From: a virus
IMG/VR virus record: IMGVR_UViG_3300026552_000002
Span: 3,797-67,796 of that record
DNA length: 64,000 nt
Strand: one strand, 5' to 3'
In this document: positions 29,231 to 38,813 of the stretch, in pieces
Layout: every line of letters starts with the position of its first letter
Position numbering within the stretch: position 1 is the stretch's first letter
Position numbers and translations under genes: made by a program
The notes under the pieces: generated by a model
What the model was told of the DNA's origin: nothing
Databases searched by the model: none
The model's input: the letters and a program-made list of their open reading frames with translations, nothing else

Positions 29231-29407
29231 TCACCTCACCTTCGCTCGCCGCACACACCGCTTGCACCACCACGACTCGCCCATCCAACGGGCGTGGCGT
29301 TCACAGACCCGGTTGTCGCACTCGGTGCACGCGATGATGCCCACGGGTCGGGTTTTGCGTGCCCTCTGACCGCCACACAGGGCGCAGCCGAGGTTGCCGA
29401 TGCCCAT
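29231..29407 (-). CDS. small Cys-rich zinc-finger protein
   Basis: CALC..CTEC..CERH..CKRC. Confidence 0.6.
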   Translation of the reverse strand: MGIGNLGCALCGGQRARKTRPVGIIACTECDNRVCERHARWMGESWWCKRCVRRAKVR

Positions 29408-29408
29408 G

Positions 29409-29729
29409 TCAGTCCTTGTTGGACAGCCGCTTGATCTCCTCCATGAGGCCGGGGATCGCGGCCAGGGATTCGAGGATGTTCTTGTTGGCCGCGCGCTCCT
29501 GGGCTTCGAGCTGGGCGGCCTCGTCCTTGGTTGGCGGTGCCGGCTTGTCGGCCGGACCCCACAGTTCGTGCCCGGCCAGCGTCGGCTCACAGGTGGGGCA
29601 GGCGATCACGAACTCGTCATGCTCGGTGGTGGCATTGCGGCCGGTGCCGACCTTGCGCGTCTTGCGGGTGTGGGTGCACCCGTCCGGACCGACGTAGCTC
29701 ATCACCGAGCTAGCAGCGCGGAGAGCCAT
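29409..29729 (-). CDS. hypothetical phage protein
   Basis: ORF in late operon; CPTC. Confidence 0.6.
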   Translation of the reverse strand: MALRAASSVMSYVGPDGCTHTRKTRKVGTGRNATTEHDEFVIACPTCEPTLAGHELWGPADKPAPPTKDEAAQLEAQERAANKNILESLAAIPGLMEEIKRLSNKD

Positions 29730-29732
29730 GGT

Positions 29733-30005
29733 TTAGAGCTCCTTGAGAGTAGCCCCGCAGCGCGGGCAGCGGATCGAAAACGAGTGCGGCGTGAAACCGC
29801 AGGTACAGCGCTCGCCAGGCAGCGACGTGAAACCGGTGATGCGAGCGTGGACGTACTTTCCGGCCTTGCTGCGGATCTCGGCATCGTGGACCGGGTTGTC
29901 AACGGTGATGTGCCCGGAAGCATCCGCGGAATACCGCGTACCGTCCTTGTCCATTGTCAATCCGTCGCAACCCGGCGGAAGCGTGTACTGAGTCGCCATC
30001 ACCAT
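29733..30005 (-). CDS. hypothetical phage protein with Zn-ribbon
   Basis: CTCG..CPRCG; AAGGGA RBS. Confidence 0.6.
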   Translation of the reverse strand: MVMATQYTLPPGCDGLTMDKDGTRYSADASGHITVDNPVHDAEIRSKAGKYVHARITGFTSLPGERCTCGFTPHSFSIRCPRCGATLKEL

Positions 30006-30017
30006 CCCTTTCTGGGG

Positions 30018-30066
30018 CCCGCGGCGGCGCGCACCGAGGGGAGAAGCAGTACGCGCCGCCGTGGGT
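30018..30066 (-). terminator. hairpin after capsid gene
   Basis: CCCGCGGCGGCGCG...CGCGCCGCCGTGGG inverted repeat. Confidence 0.45.
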
Positions 30067-30071
30067 GGAAC

Positions 30072-31919
30072 TCAGGAGTACGGCGTGGTCGAGCTGCGCT
30101 GCAGACCACCGAGAATGGCGTTGTACTGCGGGGCCATGCACACCACAGTTCCGTACAACGCAATCGAGTACCGGAACGACATGTCAATGACCGGCCAGCT
30201 AATGCTCAAGTAGTCCTGAACATTGTTGACTTCCCAAACATTGGACACGTTGCTCCACGGCTGGGACAGCGTGTACGAATTGAGCATCGCATTGCCCTGC
30301 GGCATCCACGGATGCACCATGATCTTCACGACGTCGCGGGTCACCGGGTTGACCACCTGGGACACCGCGACGCCACCGGTCACGCCGGAGACCTGACCCT
30401 GGTCCACGGTCAACCGGTAATTGTTGCCGTGACCGTTGGCGATAATGTCGTCCGAAAGATGGCCGATGTCGCTGCCCTCGGCGATGATCTCGGCGGGGTT
30501 GACCCGCCAGCCGCCGGCGGTGGTGTAGGTGTTGTTGCCGAAACCGGTCACGGTGGTGCCGCCATCCCACATGGCTTCCAGCGCGGTGTTCACCACATTC
30601 AGCGACAACATCTGACCGACCGACTTGTTGATGTAGCCGCCGACAAACCCGCTCGGGTACACGCCGTGGTTGGCGGCGTGCCCGCTCACCACGCTCATCA
30701 TGCCCTCATAGGCGTTGGTGAACCCGGTGGTGTCGGTGGTCGGCGGGTTGGCGGATGTGGTGGGCAGCGCACCCTGCAGGGTGTAGCGGGTGCCGCCCAC
30801 GCCGGAGGCCATCAGGTGGAATCCGGTGTTGGCCGGCGCGGCGGTGCCGGTGCCCACGTAAAGGTTGGCGGCCAAGCCCGCGAGCGGCGGGTTGTTGATC
30901 GTGACGTCCACGACGTTGCCGGCGGCGGGCGCCACGCTCGCCGCGGTGGAGGCGACGGTCTCGCCGTTGAAGTTGGTGAACGTGACAACCACGTAGAGGT
31001 TGGTCGTGACGCCGGTGAGGCCCACTTCGCCGGTACCGGCCGCGCGGGCGGTCAGCGTCGGGGTGCCGGGTGCACCGAGGTTGCTCGCGGTGGAACCGAT
31101 GAGCTGGTATTCCTCCGCCAGCATGGCCTCCTGCAGGAGGATGAGGTTGGCCAGGCCCGACAGGTCCTCGAACCCTTGCCCGGCGAATTGCGCTGGCCAG
31201 GTCAGCGATTCGGTAAGGCCCTGGAAGGAGTAGGGGATGTTGATTTCCGTGGCGGACTGCGAACCGGCCGGCGGGAGCTGGTTCGGCCAGTTGCCGCTGA
31301 TCTGGCTGGTGGTCAGTTCCGGGATGAACATGGACTTGCCGGCGCCCTGGCCGCCGGTCTGGCTGCCCTGAATCCCGGTGATGAGCTTCGCGCGCACCGA
31401 CGTGCCCTGCCCCTGCGTGCGCGGCAGCTTGTTGCGCATGGGGCTGAAAAACGGGTAGATCAACCGGCTCGGGGCGAGCAGGTTGAAGGGCACGAACCCG
31501 GAGGGCAGCGGCGAATTCAGGGTGAAGTTCTTGCCGAGGTCCGCGCCGATCTGCTTGATGGCGTCGGTGACCTGGCTCATCCACGGATTGCTGCCCGACG
31601 GGGAGGACTGGAACGCCGCGGCCAGAATCTGCTGGAATTCGGGCGCGATGCCCTTCTTGACCTCGGCCGGCGCGTGGAAACCCTTCCAGGTGGCTTCGGC
31701 CATGGAGTCCTGGGCGGAGCCGAGCCGGTCGATGATTTCGGTGTAGTCCTCGGTCGGGCGCTGCCCGCTGACGTAACCGGCGCCCTTGACCAAGTCGGGC
31801 TTGCGGAAAGCGTCGTCGAGTGCGGCCCGGACATCGGCGTGGCCGGCGGCCTCGCGCTCGGCCTTCTGCTTGATGTCGTCGGTTCCGGCTTCGGCGCCGG
31901 AGGGAAGAACTGTCGCCAC
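30072..31919 (-). CDS. major capsid protein with inserted Ig/FN3-like domain
   Basis: FNLLAPSRLIYP..PMRNKLPR, EEYQLIG and IMVHPWMPQG; position after scaffold. Confidence 0.85.
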   Translation of the reverse strand: MATVLPSGAEAGTDDIKQKAEREAAGHADVRAALDDAFRKPDLVKGAGYVSGQRPTEDYTEIIDRLGSAQDSMAEATWKGFHAPAEVKKGIAPEFQQILAAAFQSSPSGSNPWMSQVTDAIKQIGADLGKNFTLNSPLPSGFVPFNLLAPSRLIYPFFSPMRNKLPRTQGQGTSVRAKLITGIQGSQTGGQGAGKSMFIPELTTSQISGNWPNQLPPAGSQSATEINIPYSFQGLTESLTWPAQFAGQGFEDLSGLANLILLQEAMLAEEYQLIGSTASNLGAPGTPTLTARAAGTGEVGLTGVTTNLYVVVTFTNFNGETVASTAASVAPAAGNVVDVTINNPPLAGLAANLYVGTGTAAPANTGFHLMASGVGGTRYTLQGALPTTSANPPTTDTTGFTNAYEGMMSVVSGHAANHGVYPSGFVGGYINKSVGQMLSLNVVNTALEAMWDGGTTVTGFGNNTYTTAGGWRVNPAEIIAEGSDIGHLSDDIIANGHGNNYRLTVDQGQVSGVTGGVAVSQVVNPVTRDVVKIMVHPWMPQGNAMLNSYTLSQPWSNVSNVWEVNNVQDYLSISWPVIDMSFRYSIALYGTVVCMAPQYNAILGGLQRSSTTPYS

Positions 31920-31951
31920 AAACCTCCGTAATTGGGGGTCGACTGAGAGAT

Positions 31952-34336
31952 TCAGCGCTGGATGAGCTTCTGGAGTGCCTCCCGAGCGGCTTCGCGCTGC
32001 TGCGGGTCCGGCGAGCTCAGCCAGCGGGCGGTCCTGGAAATCTTTTCAGCCGTGGCCCCCTCCGGGGGCTCCTGAGCGTTCTTGGTGAGTTCGGGCAGGA
32101 CCTGTTCCAGTCCGGCCATACCCCGCCACGGGGCCTGGCGCGGGTCGGGCTGCGCCGACAGCTCGTCGAGCTGGCTGCGCATCTTGGTCAGTTCGGCTTC
32201 GTAGACCTGGGCCTGTTCGGACAGCTTCGTCTGGATCTGCTCGTTCACCAGGTCGGCGACGGCCGTCTTGAGCACGTCCGGCGAGGCGTGCTTGAACAAC
32301 TCCGCGGTCGCGGCGGCGTGCACGGCCTGGGGGCCGTCGTCGGCGTGGTTGTCCTGGGTGTCGGTGCTGGGCTTGGGCTGCTCGGCCCATTCCAGGTGAT
32401 ACGGGCCCATGGGGCAGATGTGCGGGTGCGCGTCGGAGACGTGGTTGTGCAGGGTGGCCAGCGTCTTGACCAGGTCGGCCTCCACGCCCTTCTCTCCCGG
32501 CGCGGTGGACGACTGACTGCGCCCGCCCCGGCTGGGGGTGGCACCGCCGGAGCCGTGATCGCCGCGGAACTGTTCCGCCGAGATGGTGTGCGTGGGCGTG
32601 GGAATCCGCGGGGACGATCCGGTCGCGGTCTGCGGGGCCCGCCCTGCGGACAGGAACGCGCGGCGGAACTGCTCGGGATGCGGCTGCTTGCCGCCCTCGC
32701 CGGTGGCCACCGGGGTCAGATGCGGGGCGTCCGGGTTGGCGCTGCGGAACGCCTTATGCAGCTCGCGGCGGGCCTGAGCCAGCTCGTCCTCGCCGTGCTC
32801 ACCGATGGCCGCGGCCGTGGAGTACGCCTTGGCCAGACCAGCGATGCGCTCGGCCATCTCGACCGACCCGGCCTGGTCGGTGATGGTGTTGTACGCCTGA
32901 CTCAGCGCGCCGTGCAGCAAGGTGGGCGCGTTGTCGACCAGCTCACCCAGTGAGGTCTGCTCCAACCCGGGGTAGGCCGACTTCACGGTGACCCAGTCGT
33001 AGGCGCCGCACACCGCGTCGTGCAGGCGCCGCATCCCGTATGACACTCCGTCGGCCGGGTTGACCATCGGGGCGGCGCTGCCGGTGAGGTCGAGGTGATC
33101 GGGCTGCGCGGCCTTGTGTGCCTCGGCGTCCTCGCGTTCGTCCTGGCGCTGGTCGGCGATGGCGCGATCCACGTCCTCGTCGAGCGCTTCGAGGTCAGCC
33201 GTGACCTGACGGTCGGCGGCATGACTGTCGCGGTCGGGGTCGCGCTGCTGGGCGCCGATGGCCTCACGGATGGCGTCCTTGATGTCCTCCAGCCCGGCTT
33301 CCACCGTCTGGTCGGCGCTGGCCGACTTGCGGGTGGGCTTGGCGCCGCCGTCGCCGTAGTCGTCCGGGTCCTTGTCGTCGTCCTGGTCGTCATCCTTCGG
33401 CGTCTGGTCAGGCTTGTCATCGTCGTCGTCGGAGTCGTTGTCCTGAGGCTTGGCCATGTCGGCGTCGGCGACCTTCTTGTTGTCCGAGTCGTCGCCGTCC
33501 TTCCACGAGTCCGGGATCTTGGCCTCGAACTCGGGGCCCTTACGCCGGGCGATGGCCTTGATGCGGCGGCGCACGGCGGCGGGGTCGTCGGCCTTACCGG
33601 CGAGGCTGGCGGCGTCGGAAACGTCCTTCGGGGACACGATCGGGTACGACCGGTTGGGCCCGGCGAAGTCCTTCTCCGGAATCTTGTCCCGGTCGGTGCC
33701 GCCACCCACGCCCTTGTCATAGTCACGCTTTTCCACCGCTCCGTTGGCGTGACCGAGACGGCGCAGCATGTCGGCGACGTCGGAGGGGTTCACCGTGACC
33801 GCTTTATCCAGGTCCTGGACCTCCTGCCCCGTGAGGTCCACCAGGTCGTCGGCCATCTTCGCCAGCGTGACACGGCAGGACGGATTCGCCGGCCGGTCCA
33901 CCAGGGACACTTCCACCGTCTCGCCATCCACGACCCGGCCGCCCTTGGCTACGGCGTCGCGGATAATGCGGGGCTTGGCGATGCCCACGCTGTATGCCTG
34001 CAACACTCCTTTGTTGACCAGACGCACGGCGGTCGGCTCACTGATCTCGGCCTTGAGCCACTCGCCGTCGTCGCGGCTGACGAGCTCGATGCCCTTCCCA
34101 GCAGGGTAGAGGCTGGCGGAGTGCATCACGCGGACGTTGGCTCCGGAGGCGAACCAGGACTGCAGCGACTTCTTGGCGAAACCAGGATCGATGATCTGCT
34201 GGTCGCGGTCCAACGCGCCGTCGGTGGCCAGACCCCACACCAGGACCGACCCGTCGTCCTGCTGTTCTGCCTTGGTGATCGGGATAGATACCCGAGCCAT
34301 TTCGGTGTCGGGGTCGGCGGTGTAGAGCTGTGCCAC
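31952..34336 (-). CDS. HK97-type prohead protease fused to scaffold-like region
   Basis: VWGLAT..LDRDQQ..RVMH..AYSVG..EVSLVDRPANP; GGAGG + GTG 34336. Confidence 0.85.
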   Translation of the reverse strand: MAQLYTADPDTEMARVSIPITKAEQQDDGSVLVWGLATDGALDRDQQIIDPGFAKKSLQSWFASGANVRVMHSASLYPAGKGIELVSRDDGEWLKAEISEPTAVRLVNKGVLQAYSVGIAKPRIIRDAVAKGGRVVDGETVEVSLVDRPANPSCRVTLAKMADDLVDLTGQEVQDLDKAVTVNPSDVADMLRRLGHANGAVEKRDYDKGVGGGTDRDKIPEKDFAGPNRSYPIVSPKDVSDAASLAGKADDPAAVRRRIKAIARRKGPEFEAKIPDSWKDGDDSDNKKVADADMAKPQDNDSDDDDDKPDQTPKDDDQDDDKDPDDYGDGGAKPTRKSASADQTVEAGLEDIKDAIREAIGAQQRDPDRDSHAADRQVTADLEALDEDVDRAIADQRQDEREDAEAHKAAQPDHLDLTGSAAPMVNPADGVSYGMRRLHDAVCGAYDWVTVKSAYPGLEQTSLGELVDNAPTLLHGALSQAYNTITDQAGSVEMAERIAGLAKAYSTAAAIGEHGEDELAQARRELHKAFRSANPDAPHLTPVATGEGGKQPHPEQFRRAFLSAGRAPQTATGSSPRIPTPTHTISAEQFRGDHGSGGATPSRGGRSQSSTAPGEKGVEADLVKTLATLHNHVSDAHPHICPMGPYHLEWAEQPKPSTDTQDNHADDGPQAVHAAATAELFKHASPDVLKTAVADLVNEQIQTKLSEQAQVYEAELTKMRSQLDELSAQPDPRQAPWRGMAGLEQVLPELTKNAQEPPEGATAEKISRTARWLSSPDPQQREAAREALQKLIQR

Positions 34337-34350
34337 AAACCTCCTGATTG

Positions 34351-34833
34351 CTAGGGGCGTTGTGCGTAGTCGTGGTGATGTGTCGAGCGGGCGTGGGTGT
34401 GCGGGGCGTACCCGTGGGCGCGCAACACCCGGGCGATGCGGGTGTCGAGCCGGCGCCAGTCGCGGGCCGGTGTCCCGTCGTCGCAGACCCGGCCGACCCG
34501 TTCCAGCAGATCGGGTTGTCGTTGTTTGAGCCGGGCGGCGAACCTGGTGCAGCCCAAGCCTTCGGTCAGCCACCCGTTGGCGATGCGATACGGGCTCACG
34601 CACCAGCGCCGGCGGCAGTCCTGCATCCGCAGCGTCACGCCGCGGGCGGGAACCATGTCCTGCTCGACGATGACCAGGTCCTCATCCACCGTGGCCCACT
34701 CGCCGGCGAGCAGGGTCCAGTAGTGGTCGTCCTGCGCGGGATCGAGCTCCCATAAGGTGGCGCCACTGGCCTGGGCCCAGGTCTCGGTGTGGGGGTGCAG
34801 CATCCCCGCGACGTACGGGACGATGACGCTCAC
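34351..34833 (-). CDS. glycosyltransferase-like (GT-A) protein
   Basis: SVIVPY, LVIVEQDM, GLGCTRF and LDTRI..HHH. Confidence 0.55.
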   Translation of the reverse strand: MSVIVPYVAGMLHPHTETWAQASGATLWELDPAQDDHYWTLLAGEWATVDEDLVIVEQDMVPARGVTLRMQDCRRRWCVSPYRIANGWLTEGLGCTRFAARLKQRQPDLLERVGRVCDDGTPARDWRRLDTRIARVLRAHGYAPHTHARSTHHHDYAQRP

Positions 34834-34845
34834 TCGTCCGTCCTC

Positions 34846-37800
34846 TCAGTATTCGGCGACCAGCTCGTCCCATTCGGCGATGGCCTTGCGTGAGGCTTCC
34901 CGCACCACCTCGGTCACGTGGCCCTTGCCCTCAGCCCAGTTCCGCACGATGCCCACGGCCATGTGGATGGCCTCGGATTCGCCGTGCCCGGCCTCGCGGA
35001 GGCCCTTGGCCACCTGCGAGATGTAGTTCGGCAACTTCAGGCCGGGATGGCGCCACAGCGGGTGCGGGCCGTGGCTGTGGTGGTGGCTGGAGTAGTAGGG
35101 CGTTTTCTCCGATTTGGTGAACAGCCGGTCCACCGCGTGTTGGATTTCCTCCGGGGACACGTCGGCGTAGTCCCGGGTCGTGCCCGCCCCGAGCACGTCC
35201 GCGATCACCCGTGCCGGCACGTCGGAGGGCTCGATCGACACACCCGGGTAGCCGCCGGACGCGCGGATGCGTTCGTTGGCCAGCCGCGCGATCTCGTCGC
35301 GGAGCGCATCGCGGCTGGCCGCCCGCATCCGCGGACCCTCCGGGAGCTGCGCCACGAACCGCTCGCGGTTGGTTCGTGCGGTCTCACGCAGTTCCCGGAT
35401 GCGGCGGTTCTGCTCGGTGTAATGGTGCAGAGCCCACTCGCGCTGCGGGTTGTGGGCCGTGTCCACCGTTTCGTCACCGCGGCGGAACTCCAGCCAACAC
35501 GCGCACCGGGGCCCGCCCTCGCACAGCGGCCCGCCGAAGTTCCCGTCGCCGGGCCAGCCGGGCAACGTCTCGAACGTGTAGCTCTTGCCGTCCCGGGCCA
35601 TGCACAGCGCGCAGTGCTCGGCATCACCGAGATGCCAGATGATCTGGTAGTCCGGGTGCTCGGCGGCGACCGCCTCGCCGTAGGAGCGGTTGTACTGCCC
35701 CGTGAGGGTGTCGCCGTACTGCTCCAGCCGCGCGGAGAGCTGCTCGTCGGTGATGACGTGCATGTCGCGCAGCAGGTCGGTGACATAACCGCGCTGTGCC
35801 TCAGCGGCGACCTGGGCGAGGTCGGTGACATCCGGCGCGGGGGTGGCGTGGTCGACGTGCGCGTGCGCGATGCCGGCCTGGGCCGCGTCCCGGTAGCCAT
35901 CAGCCATCACCTCCACCGCCAGGTCGACCGCGGCCGGCAGGGACAGTCCCCCGCTGCGGTACCGCTCGATCAGCCGCTGCAGGTGGCGCACGACCCGGCG
36001 CATGATCTCGCCGAGCGCGTCGAGTCGACGGCGCAGGTACGCGTCGGCACGGGCCATGCTCTTGCCGATCTCGATACCGGTCTCAAGATCGCCCGCCTCG
36101 GCGACGGCCGTCACAATCTCCGGCGTCAAGGCTTTTGGGGTCCAGTCATCAACCCGCCTTCCCTTGTGCACGTGCCGGCGTAGCGCGTCCAGCTCGGCGA
36201 ACGCGGCCTTGGCCGCCGGTGCGGTGGTGGCTACCGGTCGAGGTGTCGGGCCGGTGGTGGTGCGCCGTGGGGTCTGGCTGTTCTGTGCGGCTTGGGCGGC
36301 GTGGTGCGCCGGGGTGGGCTGGCCGCCGCTCTGGCCGGCGACCTGCGGGGTACCGGCGTGCGCGGCGGCGGCCGGCAGCTCCTGGCGCGTGGCGTCCGGG
36401 GCCTCGTCGCCGTAGGTCTCGGCCTGGTTGATGGCCTGTTGCGCCTCGGGCGAGCCGGGGATGACATTCGCCGTCAGCGGCACCGGACCCGATGCGGTCT
36501 GGACCATCGGCACGGATGTCTGCGGCAGTCCCCACGGCTGCAGGCCGAATTCGACCGCCGCCTGATCGATCGAGGCGATGCCATTCTTGACCAGCGAGGT
36601 CCAGACCTCCACCTTGATCGACTGGTCCTCGGGAGTTTCCATCCCGGGCCAGTGCCATTCCATGTCGGTCTGGCCCCACAGTTTCTGCATCACATAGTCG
36701 AAGATGGCGTGCTTGAGGAATTCCAGCCGTGGCTTCACGCCCCTTTTCTGGGTGTTCTGCGAGTTGATCTGGCTGAATTCCTTGGTCTCCGACGGGGACT
36801 GCACGGCCGACACTCTGGGGGTAATACCCAAATCCATCGGCGTTTTTTCAAACGCCATGGTCACCTCGGCGGCGAGTACCTGGTCAAACTGGTCCGCGAG
36901 GTTGATGGTCTTCTGCGGATCGATTTTCGACCCCGGCGGCAGCACGATGACCTTGTGTTTGTACGACTGATCGCCGGCGATGTTGTTCAGTGCCCGCTGC
37001 AGTTGGGCGATCTGCTGTGGGGTGGAGATGTCCGGGCCCGGCGTGACGTACACCGCGGGGATTGTGCCCTCGGTGTAGAATTGCATGGCGTAAATCTGCC
37101 TACGCAATCCCGTGGCCACCGGAATCAGCGCCCGTTCCAGGTTGGAGAACCCGTACGGCGTCCAGGACCGCTGGGTGAACGGCAGATACAGCAACTGGTC
37201 GCCGCGGAACTCGTCGACCAGTGTCGTGGTCATGCCCTCGTCGTCGGCGAGCATCGGCGTGGACAGGTCCACCCGTGGCACGCCCCACAGATACTGCTGG
37301 TAGGCGGGGTTCGGGGGCTTCGGGGTGCCGCCGCGGGTGTCCAGCAGCGGGCGGATCGTCGAGCCGTCCAGGATGTCCAGGCTGGCCAGATTCGACCCGA
37401 ACGGGCCGTGCCCCTTGGCGCGCGTGGGATGCAGATACAGGCTCGGCGCGTCCAGGACGAACAGGTCCTCCAACAGGGCCTTCATCCAAGACGTCCAGGT
37501 CGGGTACTGCAGGTCCGGCTGGTACCAGAATTTGAGTGCCTCGGCGCGACGACGCGCGAAATCGTCCTGGGCCGACTGGTTGCCGTGCATCGCCAGTTCG
37601 GCTTCCTTGGTGGGCACGATGTCCCAGTCGGTGGAGACCACTTCCTGGATGCACATCTGGATTGTGGCCCGCACGACGCTATACAAATCGGCGAAGCTGC
37701 GCAGGGTGGCGAACGTCGCGATTTTTAGACCCTCGGTGCCGGGCGTTCCCGTCGGCAGGTTCCAGCCGACGTTGTACTCCCAACGCCGGGGCGCGGGCCG

Positions 37801-38043
37801 GTCGGCGCCGGCTTCCGGCTCGTCGATTCCGGAGGGGTGAATGGGTTCCTGGGGACCGAACTGGCCGGTGAGGAACCGGTGCGGATCGCGCGGCAGACCG
37901 ACGTTGCCGCCGCTTTGGTATCCGGACTGCTGGTACTGCAGCGCCAGCGGGGACAGTCCCCCATAGCTGGCACCGCCCTGACTCATCTCGGAGGCGCGCG
38001 AGCCGATGCCACGGGCGATCGAAGACAGGGAATTCGCCATCAA
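34846..38043 (-). CDS. portal protein fused to MuF-like domain
   Basis: LDGSTIRPL, YGFSNLE and FYTEGTIP (portal); HCALC..PGDG..CEGGPRCAC (MuF-like). Confidence 0.88.
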   Translation of the reverse strand: MMANSLSSIARGIGSRASEMSQGGASYGGLSPLALQYQQSGYQSGGNVGLPRDPHRFLTGQFGPQEPIHPSGIDEPEAGADRPAPRRWEYNVGWNLPTGTPGTEGLKIATFATLRSFADLYSVVRATIQMCIQEVVSTDWDIVPTKEAELAMHGNQSAQDDFARRRAEALKFWYQPDLQYPTWTSWMKALLEDLFVLDAPSLYLHPTRAKGHGPFGSNLASLDILDGSTIRPLLDTRGGTPKPPNPAYQQYLWGVPRVDLSTPMLADDEGMTTTLVDEFRGDQLLYLPFTQRSWTPYGFSNLERALIPVATGLRRQIYAMQFYTEGTIPAVYVTPGPDISTPQQIAQLQRALNNIAGDQSYKHKVIVLPPGSKIDPQKTINLADQFDQVLAAEVTMAFEKTPMDLGITPRVSAVQSPSETKEFSQINSQNTQKRGVKPRLEFLKHAIFDYVMQKLWGQTDMEWHWPGMETPEDQSIKVEVWTSLVKNGIASIDQAAVEFGLQPWGLPQTSVPMVQTASGPVPLTANVIPGSPEAQQAINQAETYGDEAPDATRQELPAAAAHAGTPQVAGQSGGQPTPAHHAAQAAQNSQTPRRTTTGPTPRPVATTAPAAKAAFAELDALRRHVHKGRRVDDWTPKALTPEIVTAVAEAGDLETGIEIGKSMARADAYLRRRLDALGEIMRRVVRHLQRLIERYRSGGLSLPAAVDLAVEVMADGYRDAAQAGIAHAHVDHATPAPDVTDLAQVAAEAQRGYVTDLLRDMHVITDEQLSARLEQYGDTLTGQYNRSYGEAVAAEHPDYQIIWHLGDAEHCALCMARDGKSYTFETLPGWPGDGNFGGPLCEGGPRCACWLEFRRGDETVDTAHNPQREWALHHYTEQNRRIRELRETARTNRERFVAQLPEGPRMRAASRDALRDEIARLANERIRASGGYPGVSIEPSDVPARVIADVLGAGTTRDYADVSPEEIQHAVDRLFTKSEKTPYYSSHHHSHGPHPLWRHPGLKLPNYISQVAKGLREAGHGESEAIHMAVGIVRNWAEGKGHVTEVVREASRKAIAEWDELVAEY

Positions 38044-38050
38044 CCTCCCG

Positions 38051-38338
38051 TCAGGTATCGATGATGCCGAGCTGTTCGGGCCAGATCACCCCGCCCGGCT
38101 GATGCCATTCGTCCTGGCGCCAATACTCGACCTCGACGACGCGGTCACCCTCGGAGGTGCGCTCGCTGCGGCGCTTGATCCGGCGGCAGGTGCGCAGGTG
38201 CACCCCGCCACAGTGCTCACAGGCCCGGCGCTCGAAGTTGGTCTGGCCGAACTCGTCTTTTTCCAGCAGCGCCGCGCGGTCCTCGTCGGTGAGCTCGGTT
38301 TCGGTGTCGGGTTCGATCCACTCGCCGAGTTCGCTCAC
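38051..38338 (-). CDS. small zinc-binding phage protein
   Basis: ACEHCGGVHLRTC; GTGA overlap. Confidence 0.6.
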   Translation of the reverse strand: MSELGEWIEPDTETELTDEDRAALLEKDEFGQTNFERRACEHCGGVHLRTCRRIKRRSERTSEGDRVVEVEYWRQDEWHQPGGVIWPEQLGIIDT

Positions 38339-38640
38339 GGCGTCTCCCCCACCGTCGGCACGCCGGCCTTGCCCGCCAGGGTGTGCATGGTGGCGACCAG
38401 GGTGTCCACGGCGTCGGCGTTCAGTGTGGCGTCCGGGAACAGCACCTGGATCGAGTAGACGATGCCGATCAGGGCGGCGCGGGCCTCGGCCGGGGAGCTG
38501 ATCGCCACCCCCTCGTCCTGGAAACTGTCGCGGATGTAGGCCGTCCACTGGTCGCGCTGGCCGACCGACATACGGGTGTAGGTGTGGTCGGTGAAGCACT
38601 CCAGCCGATCGAGCAGCGCGCGGGCCTCGGCACTGATCAC
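38335..38640 (-). CDS. hypothetical protein
   Basis: GGAGG RBS, GTG start. Confidence 0.65.
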   Translation of the reverse strand: MISAEARALLDRLECFTDHTYTRMSVGQRDQWTAYIRDSFQDEGVAISSPAEARAALIGIVYSIQVLFPDATLNADAVDTLVATMHTLAGKAGVPTVGETP

Positions 38641-38651
38641 GAGAGTCCTCC

Positions 38652-38813
38652 CTACGGCATCGCGTGGATCAGCGCGGGCAGCGCCATGAACAGCAACCCG
38701 ATCGGCAGGAGGAAACCCGCCGGCACGTAGGCCGTGCGCACACCGGAGATGATCTCAGCCAGGGCCAACACCCCGAAGCAGATCACCGCGCACAGCAGGA
38801 GAGCAAAGTCCAT
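38652..38813 (-). CDS. small two-TM membrane protein
   Basis: MDFALLLCAVICFGVLALAE..; coupled to terL stop. Confidence 0.6.
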   Translation of the reverse strand: MDFALLLCAVICFGVLALAEIISGVRTAYVPAGFLLPIGLLFMALPALIHAMP

